Of a DNA stretch of 64,000 nt, positions 1-8,277 are shown piece after piece. Location: positions 1 through 64,000 of the IMG/VR virus record IMGVR_UViG_3300042340_000194, one strand, 5' to 3'. The notes below the pieces were generated by a model that worked only from the letters and a program-made list of their open reading frames with translations, made no database searches and had not been told where the DNA came from. Position 1 is the first letter of the stretch; each line of letters opens with the position of its first letter. The DNA comes from a virus. The position numbers were made by a program, and so were the translations under genes.

Positions 1-49
1 ATTCAGCAGATCACTATCGCCCTTTGTAGACCTCAACTACTCTAATTCC

Positions 50-2014
50 ATGATTAGCAGACTTTTTGACAGTCACTCTTTTTTCAATTCACCAAGTCAA
101 GGTAAACAGTTAGCTGACTGTCTATGGGATTTTTCCCTTTACAACGGGGCGGTAGGGGTGGATACAGAAACCACCGGATTGAACCCATTTAAAGATCGAG
201 TTAGACTTATTCAATTAGGTTCTCCTGGAGATTGTATTATTGTAGATCTTGATGGTTGGCGTTCCAGAGACCCTGATGGGAATTTAATTAGGGCAGTCCC
301 TTGGGGAAAGCCGGGACTTAGAGAGCTGAAGGTGCTGTTAGAAGCGGGGCAACCTAAGGTTTTACAGAACGCCGCGTTTGATTTGAATTTTTTAAGGGCA
401 GAGTCTGTGTTGATCAAGAGTCCTATATTTGATACTATGATAGCGTCTAAAATAATTACTAACGGTACTGACCATAAAAACGACTTAGGTTCTATAGTAG
501 CTCGCTACTTAAAAGTACACATGCCTAAAGAGTTACAGAAAGCTGACTGGGGTGGTGATATTACAACAGAGATGTTGAGTTATGCAGCTAAAGATGCTAG
601 GGCTCTGCCACTGTTAGTAGAACCTCTAACCAGCAAACTACAAGAAAGCAAAATTCTAAATTCGTCATCTACATCTCTGTTTGACGTGTTTACGCTAGAA
701 ATGCAGGCTTTACGGCCCATAGCGTATATGCAATGGTATGGGTTTAAGTTTGATAAGGCCCAAGCGTCAAGACTTAAAGCAGATCTTGAAGTAAAAGCCG
801 ATGAACTAAAAGCTACTTTTTTGACCGCTTTGGATGAGGAACTAAAACAGCGGCACCCCGAGGACGAGTCCAAATGGCTACCTAGGGATCCTGACGGATC
901 TTTGAACTTGCGCAAAACTAATGTTGGTAGAGGTGCAAATAAAATGCTTGCTGGGTTTAATCCTGGAAGCACTCAGCAGATGGCTAGAGCATTTACAGAT
1001 GCTGGGATTATTTTGCCTCCGCCTAAACCGGTAGTGGGTAAACCTTCGGTGCCTGGAAAAGTATCTCTAGATCAGACTCTTTTAGCTTTCCTTCGTAGTG
1101 AGTATCCGCTGATTGATCAATACATGACATGGAGCACGGCTAATACTCGTGTTTCTTGTGTAGAGACTTTGCTAAAAGCTGCCAAAATTCATGGGGATCG
1201 AATACATTGCAGATATTTGCAGATGGGTACTAATACTGGGAGGTTAAGTGCTAGTGAGCCTAACTTACAGCAAGTACCTAAAGAAAAAACGTTCCGTGCG
1301 CTGTTTATCGCAGAACCTGGGTATCAACTGATATGCGCAGATTTTAGTCAGATAGAACTGCGGGTAGCAGCGGAGCTTAGTGGTGACGAACGCATGTTAC
1401 AGGCGTATGCCGATGGTAGGGATTTACATACTGAGACTGCTTCTCTAATAGCACAGGTGGCTTTAGAGGATGTCACTAAAGAGATGAGGACTTCAGCTAA
1501 AATTGCTAATTTTGGGTTGTTGTATGGAGCTGGAGCTAAGACTTTCCAGCGCCAAGCGTTAGCACAATATGGCATCTTATATGCTATGACGGAATGTGAA
1601 GAGATTGTGACTGGTTTCCGTAGAGCTTATCCCAGATTGTATGAGTGGCAGCAAGAGCAAGGTCAAGGTACTTCAAAAGCCGTATTTACTAGGTATGGCC
1701 GCAGGCGTGTTCTTATAGGTTTTAACGACAAATACACAACTAGAGTGAATACTCCTGTTCAAGGCACTGCTGGCGACATCTGCAAGATCTCTATGGCTAT
1801 GCTTTGGGAGACTTTAGCAATAACCTCTGACTTAGACGCTCGCTTACTCAGTCAGGTCCATGACGAATTGATTATGGAGGTGAGGGATGAACTGGTCAAT
1901 GAGTGGCGGCACAGGCTGAAATCCACCATGGAGGCTGCCGGAGCTGTCGTTTGTAAGCGTGTCCCAATCTTGGCTGAGGTCGGAGTTGGAAGCACATGGG
2001 CGAATGCCAAATAG
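50..2014 (+). CDS. polA: Family A DNA polymerase (3'-5' exonuclease + polymerase, no 5' nuclease)
   Basis: Exo motifs DTETTG, QNAAFD, YAAKD; TGRLSASEPNLQQVP; motif A ADFSQIELR; motif B KIANFGLLYG; motif C QVHDE. Confidence 0.97.
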   Translation: MISRLFDSHSFFNSPSQGKQLADCLWDFSLYNGAVGVDTETTGLNPFKDRVRLIQLGSPGDCIIVDLDGWRSRDPDGNLIRAVPWGKPGLRELKVLLEAGQPKVLQNAAFDLNFLRAESVLIKSPIFDTMIASKIITNGTDHKNDLGSIVARYLKVHMPKELQKADWGGDITTEMLSYAAKDARALPLLVEPLTSKLQESKILNSSSTSLFDVFTLEMQALRPIAYMQWYGFKFDKAQASRLKADLEVKADELKATFLTALDEELKQRHPEDESKWLPRDPDGSLNLRKTNVGRGANKMLAGFNPGSTQQMARAFTDAGIILPPPKPVVGKPSVPGKVSLDQTLLAFLRSEYPLIDQYMTWSTANTRVSCVETLLKAAKIHGDRIHCRYLQMGTNTGRLSASEPNLQQVPKEKTFRALFIAEPGYQLICADFSQIELRVAAELSGDERMLQAYADGRDLHTETASLIAQVALEDVTKEMRTSAKIANFGLLYGAGAKTFQRQALAQYGILYAMTECEEIVTGFRRAYPRLYEWQQEQGQGTSKAVFTRYGRRRVLIGFNDKYTTRVNTPVQGTAGDICKISMAMLWETLAITSDLDARLLSQVHDELIMEVRDELVNEWRHRLKSTMEAAGAVVCKRVPILAEVGVGSTWANAK

Positions 2015-2064
2015 TGACAAAGTGTGGTAATTGGTGCTAGAGTGATAATAGCCGCACTACTGCA

Positions 2065-2277
2065 GTGGCTTCCAGCCAAAACTCTCAGCTACGTCGTGAA
2101 ATAGCTTGCGCCCTCGGGGAAGCTCAGTCAGAAAGCTCCTGGGTGGAGGCGGGTATCGCGCTGGAGGTCACTAAACAGATCTTGAGGCGCCGGCTGCAGC
2201 ATATTACGCTCTTCGCTGCTGACGGGGCTGCGGTCGCTGGTGACCAGTTCATCCAGGATCTGCTGACAGCAAGTTGA
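2065..2277 (+). CDS. Small hypothetical protein
   Basis: 70-aa ORF filling the gap between polA and the abrB-like gene on the same strand. Confidence 0.5.
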   Translation: MASSQNSQLRREIACALGEAQSESSWVEAGIALEVTKQILRRRLQHITLFAADGAAVAGDQFIQDLLTAS

Positions 2278-2296
2278 GTTTTGCGTCTTCCAGGGG

Positions 2297-2325
2297 TTGT
2301 GTTAAGGCCCACCAGGGCGTACAAT
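2297..2325 (+). promoter_or_regulatory. Putative sigma70-type promoter for the abrB-like gene
   Basis: TTGTGT-17 nt-TACAAT, 26 nt upstream of the GTG start. Confidence 0.5.
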
Positions 2326-2351
2326 ACTAAGGTCTGAACCAATTCAACTCT

Positions 2352-2807
2352 GTGACTCTTCTTACTGGCCGTGACCTCCTGGCCCTAGTCAAGGACAACC
2401 CTGAAATCAAGAACCGCTCGGTGCTGGCTCGCATGGCCGGTTACGAACGCAAGACCCGTAAAGGCGATATTGTCGCTGATCTTGGTCGGTTCACCGACGC
2501 TGTGCTTGAAGCCAAAGGTGTGAAGTTCGATTCTGAGACCCGAGGTCGTGCTGCTGCCAATGAGACAACTGTCCATAAAAATGGCTCGGTGCTGATTGGT
2601 GCGATCTACTCCAAACAGGCTGGTATCGGCCCTGGTGACACTCTGAGTATTACTGTCGATCCTGCTTCTGGGCAGATTGTCCTTGATGTGGCACAGCGGG
2701 TGGAGGGCAGTCCGTTGCCGTTCAAGGTGTACGAGAAGAAGCCGAAGGCTGTTGCCGAAGCGCCGGAGGCTACTGAGGCTGCTGGAGGGGAAACCACCGA
2801 AATCTAA
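2352..2807 (+). CDS. Cyanobacterial AbrB-like (cyAbrB/CalA family) regulator
   Basis: LTGRDLLALVK...ARMAGY...FTDAVLEAKG...RGR...TVHKNGSVLIGAIYSKQAGIGPGD follows the cyAbrB pattern. Confidence 0.85.
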   Translation: MTLLTGRDLLALVKDNPEIKNRSVLARMAGYERKTRKGDIVADLGRFTDAVLEAKGVKFDSETRGRAAANETTVHKNGSVLIGAIYSKQAGIGPGDTLSITVDPASGQIVLDVAQRVEGSPLPFKVYEKKPKAVAEAPEATEAAGGETTEI

Positions 2808-2819
2808 TTCGGTAATATC

Positions 2820-2890
2820 GGGCGGTCGTGAGCTGCCCTTTTTCTAAGTGATGAGCCTAGGGACGTAAAAGCCCTAGGCTTTTTTTTTTT
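2820..2890 (+). terminator. Two tandem intrinsic terminators
   Basis: GGGCGG-loop-CTGCCC+TTTTT (2820-2843) and AGCCTAGGG-loop-CCCTAGGCT followed by a T run (2854-2890). Confidence 0.85.
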
Positions 2891-2895
2891 GTCTG

Positions 2896-2925
2896 TTGAC
2901 AGATGCACGCGAGATAAGATAGAAT
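2896..2925 (+). promoter_or_regulatory. sigma70-type promoter
   Basis: TTGACA-18 nt-TAGAAT upstream of ATG 2952. Confidence 0.7.
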
Positions 2926-2951
2926 AGTGTAAGTCACATCAACGGTTTACT

Positions 2952-3671
2952 ATGGCTGCCCAGAACGCTTCGACTCCTGGAGACAAGGCAGTGCAAAAGA
3001 TGGATAAGCAAGTACCTGTGGTGCAAGAAACTGTTAAGCCTGCGGTGCTATTTACTATAATTGCGCTGCATCCAACATTGTTGATGGAGATGGCGGATCC
3101 TGAGGAGGAAGGGCTTACGGATAAAACTGCATTAGTAGAAACGGGAGAGTGTTATGATGTGGTTAAAGTAGGTAATGTGGTGAAGTGCGGAGAACAAAAT
3201 GTCGTACTCGGGGGGTACGGGGGTAGCCGCGTAATCAGATCTTCAGCCTGGAGGCGGACTTTTCCAGGAGCATTACCGTTTGAGCCAGGTATTACTATAG
3301 ATTGGACTAACTTTATGTGCAGAGTGTCTCCTAATCTAACAGTAGGGGAGGTAGTACAATGGAATACAGAAGAAAGGCCAGTAAACGGCTCTTGGGAAGA
3401 GGGCGCAATTATGCGGATGGTGGATCTTTACGAAACCATAAGAGCTGCTTGGGGTGGATCTATTGGTGTAAGCTTGGTGTATCCTAGTACGATATACATG
3501 TATCCTACAAATGGTGCCGGCTTTTATGAGTTTTACAACTGGATTCGTACCAGATGGACTGGCGAACTCTGTGATGGGTCTAAAGCAGGATTCATCGGTT
3601 TGTCAATTCTGACTGGTGGTCACTTCGTGCCCGGTGCTGGGCGCACCCCTTCAGCGGAATGGGTCTACTAG
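2952..3671 (+). CDS. Peptidase M15A-like (endolysin-like) protein lacking catalytic residues
   Basis: IDWxxF..VSPNLTVGEV...IRAAWGGSIGV...YPTNG...WTG...GFIGL...W-x-Y resembles cyanobacterial M15A proteins, but SxH..D is missing and GFVHLD has become GFIGLS. Confidence 0.6.
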   Translation: MAAQNASTPGDKAVQKMDKQVPVVQETVKPAVLFTIIALHPTLLMEMADPEEEGLTDKTALVETGECYDVVKVGNVVKCGEQNVVLGGYGGSRVIRSSAWRRTFPGALPFEPGITIDWTNFMCRVSPNLTVGEVVQWNTEERPVNGSWEEGAIMRMVDLYETIRAAWGGSIGVSLVYPSTIYMYPTNGAGFYEFYNWIRTRWTGELCDGSKAGFIGLSILTGGHFVPGAGRTPSAEWVY

Positions 3672-3684
3672 AATATTCTTGATC

Positions 3685-4068
3685 TCAACTCTCTTCATGA
3701 TGGTTCCTTAGTAGCCCATCGTGGAGAGACGTTTTTTTCTCCAGGTCTTCTATCCTGTTAAACACACTCACACGGTATTCCCTATTTTCTTCTTTCATAT
3801 CTTTAAGCTCATCACCAATGCGAGTTATACTTTGATGTATTCCCTCAAAGGCTACTGCAGCGTTCTGCCGCTCTTCAATGAATGCTTCAAATAGTTTGGT
3901 GTATTTTAGCTCATTAGTTTGTCTAAAGGCTAACTCTTCTCGGCGCTCTACTGCCTTAGCCTCATTTTCTTTCTTCTTTACCTCTTCTCTACGTTTCACC
4001 CCCTCCTCTACACGTTTACCAAGCAGCAAAAAAACTCCACCGATAAGTGCTACTGCAATTTCGCCCAC
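3685..4068 (-). CDS. N-terminal TM + coiled-coil protein (holin/lysis accessory-like)
   Basis: IAVALIGGVFLLLG followed by a charged coiled coil; last gene of the late operon. Confidence 0.55.
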   Translation of the reverse strand: MGEIAVALIGGVFLLLGKRVEEGVKRREEVKKKENEAKAVERREELAFRQTNELKYTKLFEAFIEERQNAAVAFEGIHQSITRIGDELKDMKEENREYRVSVFNRIEDLEKKTSLHDGLLRNHHEES

Positions 4069-4129
4069 AGTGGTAACGCGGTGTGCTCAGGTCAAAGCAT
4101 AGCTGAGGGGGTAAAGCTGCCTTCAAGCC

Positions 4130-4990
4130 TCATTCGCGGAATAGACGCACTGGGCCGGTTGTCACAAAATTTACAGAACCTTTAATAAAATCATCAGGGT
4201 TTGTATCTAGACTCGTATCTACTAAAAGCATTGAAGTTTGATAATACACACTTCCAGGTAGATATGCTACAGTGGTGTCCTGGATATTAACAGTTTTAAC
4301 TGCTGTGCGTTTTTTTAAGTATAGTTTCGCTTGAGCTATAGCATCATTTTCTACCATTAGAGCCATCCTAAGGATAATGTCTATGTCATTTGTGTTGTTA
4401 CTGTTTTCTAAAAAATCGACTAAAAAATCAAAAGTGCCAGAGCCTGATATAGTAGCTTTAATGGAATCTCCGAATTTTTCTCCTAACGATCCTGTATCGG
4501 TGGTGTTGCTACCTAACTTAAGGCTCCATTTTTTTATGTGCCCTTGAATATTCCATAGAGTTGTCCCTGTATTAGCTGCTATGTAGCTACTATTGGCTGT
4601 AGGATATGCTAGTAGTGTTACTTCTGTGGTGATGTTGGTTAAGCTAGGATGTAATGCGGTTAACACCGATGTAGCGTTGGTTGTACCTTTTAAGCATAAA
4701 ATAGTAGCTGTGGACGGTATTCCACTTAAACTTATTCTGGTAGATATAGTATTATCTTGGGCACCCACGGCTGTAGAATGCAAAGTTATTCTGTCCAGAG
4801 TGTCTCTCCAGACAAACCCGGTCTTAGTGCCTCCAGAGTGTATAAGTATAACTTCATCTCCAGGCCAAAATGCTGTAGAGTTAATAGTAAATCGGCTATT
4901 AGCAATGTCTAGCGCACTCGGGGGGAGCACTATGGGATCTGGGTAGGATCGGGCTAGTTGAATAATACCGTCTTTGCCGATAAGTGACAT
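4130..4990 (-). CDS. Minor tail structural protein (C-terminal tail-tube-like domain)
   Basis: IKKWSL...DTGSLGE...SGSGTFDF...VNFVTTGPVRL; position in tail module. Confidence 0.6.
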   Translation of the reverse strand: MSLIGKDGIIQLARSYPDPIVLPPSALDIANSRFTINSTAFWPGDEVILIHSGGTKTGFVWRDTLDRITLHSTAVGAQDNTISTRISLSGIPSTATILCLKGTTNATSVLTALHPSLTNITTEVTLLAYPTANSSYIAANTGTTLWNIQGHIKKWSLKLGSNTTDTGSLGEKFGDSIKATISGSGTFDFLVDFLENSNNTNDIDIILRMALMVENDAIAQAKLYLKKRTAVKTVNIQDTTVAYLPGSVYYQTSMLLVDTSLDTNPDDFIKGSVNFVTTGPVRLFRE

Positions 4991-5388
4991 TAGAATGATT
5001 TAGCAGTAGGTTTACCAGATAGTTGAACTGAGAGTTTACACACTTGAGCTTCCCCATAAGTAGCTGACAATCCAATATTAGTTATAACTGCATCTGATGT
5101 TAATGATCTATTCGTGTTGATGTCCCATACAAATTTGAAGTTTGGTAGAATTTCTGGGGTATCTGCATATATAGTGTCAAGGATGTTGACTACTGTAGGA
5201 TCTTGAGGATCGTAAAATAATAAAGCTGAAGCCTTAGTATCACGTAACCCAGCAATATAGGTATTATCAAAAAGATCAATAGTAGTTGTACGCATGGCTT
5301 CTCGACTTATGTCTAAGTCGATATTTTTGACTTTGCCAACCCGCACGTTATTAAAGTATAGACCTGCGGTGGTGCTAGTAAGAATCAT
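4990..5388 (-). CDS. Minor tail protein, tail-tube-like
   Basis: VGKVKNIDLDISRE..RTTTID...YIAGLRD...VQLSG pattern; coupled to neighbouring genes. Confidence 0.6.
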   Translation of the reverse strand: MILTSTTAGLYFNNVRVGKVKNIDLDISREAMRTTTIDLFDNTYIAGLRDTKASALLFYDPQDPTVVNILDTIYADTPEILPNFKFVWDINTNRSLTSDAVITNIGLSATYGEAQVCKLSVQLSGKPTAKSF

Positions 5389-5813
5389 GCGGCGAAACTG
5401 GCCCTAAGCCCCCCAAGTGTACCGTCGAAGTCAAATAGGAAGGTGTCCCCGGAGACTAGATTTTGGGCTACGCCGTAATCCCACCAGCAGATGACTTTGT
5501 TGCCTACTGAAGAGTTGTATAGGACAGGATATTGGAAAGTATTGACGGTGCCAGTTGGGGAGAATGTAAGATCGTTGATCAGGGCTTTATAGACACCAGA
5601 ACTCTGTGTCGAGGAGGCTACTGTAAGGGTAAACCCTCCTAAAGTGTAGCCTCCCCCGGCAGTTATCTGGGTGATCCCCCCGAGGTCGGTTATTGTAGCA
5701 ACAGGGAGCGTGTTGGAGAGGGCCAGTTTTAGCGTATTAGAGCCGATGTTATGAATACCATTGTGAAGATCGGCTATGTAGGAATTGAAGAAATACTGGG
5801 GAGCGGTTGTCAT
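5385..5813 (-). CDS. Virion structural protein (tail/fibre-associated)
   Basis: TLKLALSN...GGGYTLGG...VLYN...WWDYG...SGDTF pattern common in tail modules. Confidence 0.6.
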   Translation of the reverse strand: MTTAPQYFFNSYIADLHNGIHNIGSNTLKLALSNTLPVATITDLGGITQITAGGGYTLGGFTLTVASSTQSSGVYKALINDLTFSPTGTVNTFQYPVLYNSSVGNKVICWWDYGVAQNLVSGDTFLFDFDGTLGGLRASFAA

Positions 5814-5872
5814 AATAGTGGATGCACGATGGACTGGTGTAATGATAGCATAGCGTAGAGGCTTAAATAATA

Positions 5873-7003
5873 CTATATATTAACTGTTATAGTAATAGTC
5901 CCACTATTTAGACTGTAATAAGGAGATTGTTGGGTAATTGTGGAAGCGTAGAATTGTAGTGTACCGGTTATACCTGAAGCCCCAAATACTATATTATATG
6001 TAGAACTATTTATAGAGTTTTGGCTACCTGCTAGGCCCAAGGGTGATGTACTTATTGATTGTGCGGAAGCGGTGTTATTGACACTAAGTAAATTAACAGT
6101 GTTGGCTGATCCGCATATAGGGTAAGGACCTACAAGATAGAAAGCACCAAATATTAAATTGAGTGTGTTTGTCCATATTATAGTATTAGCCCCTGCAGAA
6201 TTACCAGTACCGAAATAATAATCAAATCGTTGAGAATTTATAGTATTAGCCGCAATTGGATTGTTGTCATTAAAAGCACTTTCATTTATATTTCCGGCTA
6301 CTTCTTGCCCTACTGGCTGCCAGGATACCAAAGGGGCATCACACACTAATCTGGTGTAGATACAATTTCTTAAGTTAGGTGTCCCTCCGGTATTCATTGC
6401 CGATCCAGTATTGTTTAATTGTATAGCTCTTGTGTTACCGCTACTGTTAGGCACTGGTACATACCTTAAATTAGGATTATTAGACGTAAACACCATTGTG
6501 TTCGGTGTGGGATTATCTACAAATACGCCTTCATGGGATATTCTAGCTAGTGCAAGGGAGCGCGAAGTAAGTAATGCGGGTGTATTTAATAAAGCTGTGC
6601 TGCTGTTGTTTATTTGGTAAAATTCTCCTTCTAATTCTACTGATATGCTACCTACTCCAGCTATTAAATTATTTAATTTAGGTTCTGCTAAAAAACGCCA
6701 ACCTGTTGATTTAGGTCCAACTATCCGCCCTGCAAAATCCGTAGATTTAATGCCAGCTACGATCTCGGGGGGCAGTGCCAGGGGAAAGAACCCAGAGTAT
6801 GAAGAGTCCCAGGCGGAGAAGATAGACAGTATTTTGGCGGCTGATATGTTTGTGTAGTTTAATGTTAAAACAGCAGCGTTAGGTTTAGACGAGTTTAGGC
6901 GAGGCGAGAAGGTAGAATTAAGGAATTTCGGGGCAGTGACGTTGTAAACGGCTGGAGTAAAGCTGTAACTGGATGGTTTGTAAGCCGGGTAGAGGATAGC
7001 CAT
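5873..7003 (-). CDS. Tail protein: distal-tail (gpM/Dit-like) N-domain + beta-rich C-domain
   Basis: Likely start MAILYP at 7003; LTLNYTNIS...WRFLAEP domain shared with 7009-8274. Confidence 0.65.
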   Translation of the reverse strand: MAILYPAYKPSSYSFTPAVYNVTAPKFLNSTFSPRLNSSKPNAAVLTLNYTNISAAKILSIFSAWDSSYSGFFPLALPPEIVAGIKSTDFAGRIVGPKSTGWRFLAEPKLNNLIAGVGSISVELEGEFYQINNSSTALLNTPALLTSRSLALARISHEGVFVDNPTPNTMVFTSNNPNLRYVPVPNSSGNTRAIQLNNTGSAMNTGGTPNLRNCIYTRLVCDAPLVSWQPVGQEVAGNINESAFNDNNPIAANTINSQRFDYYFGTGNSAGANTIIWTNTLNLIFGAFYLVGPYPICGSANTVNLLSVNNTASAQSISTSPLGLAGSQNSINSSTYNIVFGASGITGTLQFYASTITQQSPYYSLNSGTITITVNI

Positions 7004-7008
7004 ATAAT

Positions 7009-8274
7009 TTATGTGGAGCCTCTCCGCAAGCGAGAGTAGCCACTCCATGTTGTTAGGACTGTATAGGAGGCATCAGCGAACTCCCATCGACCTCTAGATC
7101 TAGCTAAATCAAATGTGTCCGGGGTACTGAAGTTAATACCCATACCATAGTTAGTGTTTCCACTTGTTATGGGCTGTCCTTGTATCTTACTATATAGGTA
7201 AAATACGTCCGCACTTCCGCCTATACCGACATTTTGATAATATGATTCTACATAAACATCTATGTTAGAATACCAAGGCCCTAAGTAATACTGGGCGCTG
7301 TACTTTAGGTACGGAGAGCCGTCTAATTGTATGCCCCCTAACCCATAAGTTACTGGCACTCCCAATGAGGTGCGTAGTGGTAACCATCCGCTAACAACGT
7401 CGAATGTGGTCGGAGGGCCGCCGCCGCCAGTTCCCCCGTAACCACTTCTTTGATACTGTGTTCCAACCCATCTAACATAGGTGTAATCTGACATATCTGG
7501 AGACTGCCCTTCGTAATCGCAATCAGAGAAAGTAGACAAAGCTTCATCGTTACTAATAGGATTTATAGGTATAAAGGGAAAGTTTCCTCCTATCTCACTG
7601 GCCACAACTACAGGCTGTGAAACTAATATGACGTTAAGATCGCCATATCCTTTAATCTTACCGACCCATTTAGGGACTTCAGCAAAAAACCATTGTGAAT
7701 TTTTACCTCCAGTTAACATATATACAGCTAGCTGTTGGTTTACTCCAGTTAACGTAGCTATAGGAATACGCAGCGATTTATATGTACCATATAAAGCATC
7801 CCATAGAGCTAAAATTTGTTCAGCTACTGTGTCCGATAAATTTGTATAGTCAAGAGTTAGCGTAGCGTTAGTATTTGAATCTGACCATAACTGTACTTCT
7901 ACCTCACCTGACTGCGTTGGGTGTTCAGTTACAGGGTATTTAGGTGGTTTGAACTGTACTTGTGTGGGAATTGCAGAAGGGTAGAGTAAAGTCCCGGACA
8001 AGGTCCCCCCGAGTACGACTCTATCTATAACAAGGTTACGAGAAGTATGTCTTTGGGTTTTACTTGTAAATCGTCCTATGTGTGCGATTCTTTCTAGAGT
8101 AAGCACTCTGGAGCTTAGTGGGTACGCTCTTGAGACTATTAACCCATCAGAGGAATTTCTTGATATTATAAGATTTCTGCTATTTAGAGAGCTTTCGTTA
8201 GTGTAAGTAAGCGATAGTCCAGTTCTACCTATCAGTAGATTACGACTTACAAGATCAGCGGGAGTACCTGGCAT
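7009..8274 (-). CDS. Tail protein with SRxLxxxR repeats and a distal-tail-like domain
   Basis: LTLDYTNLS...WFFAEVP domain; repeats SRNLLIGR, SRNLIISR, SRVLTLER, SRNLVIDR. Confidence 0.65.
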   Translation of the reverse strand: MPGTPADLVSRNLLIGRTGLSLTYTNESSLNSRNLIISRNSSDGLIVSRAYPLSSRVLTLERIAHIGRFTSKTQRHTSRNLVIDRVVLGGTLSGTLLYPSAIPTQVQFKPPKYPVTEHPTQSGEVEVQLWSDSNTNATLTLDYTNLSDTVAEQILALWDALYGTYKSLRIPIATLTGVNQQLAVYMLTGGKNSQWFFAEVPKWVGKIKGYGDLNVILVSQPVVVASEIGGNFPFIPINPISNDEALSTFSDCDYEGQSPDMSDYTYVRWVGTQYQRSGYGGTGGGGPPTTFDVVSGWLPLRTSLGVPVTYGLGGIQLDGSPYLKYSAQYYLGPWYSNIDVYVESYYQNVGIGGSADVFYLYSKIQGQPITSGNTNYGMGINFSTPDTFDLARSRGRWEFADASYTVLTTWSGYSRLRRGST

Positions 8275-8277
8275 TAT

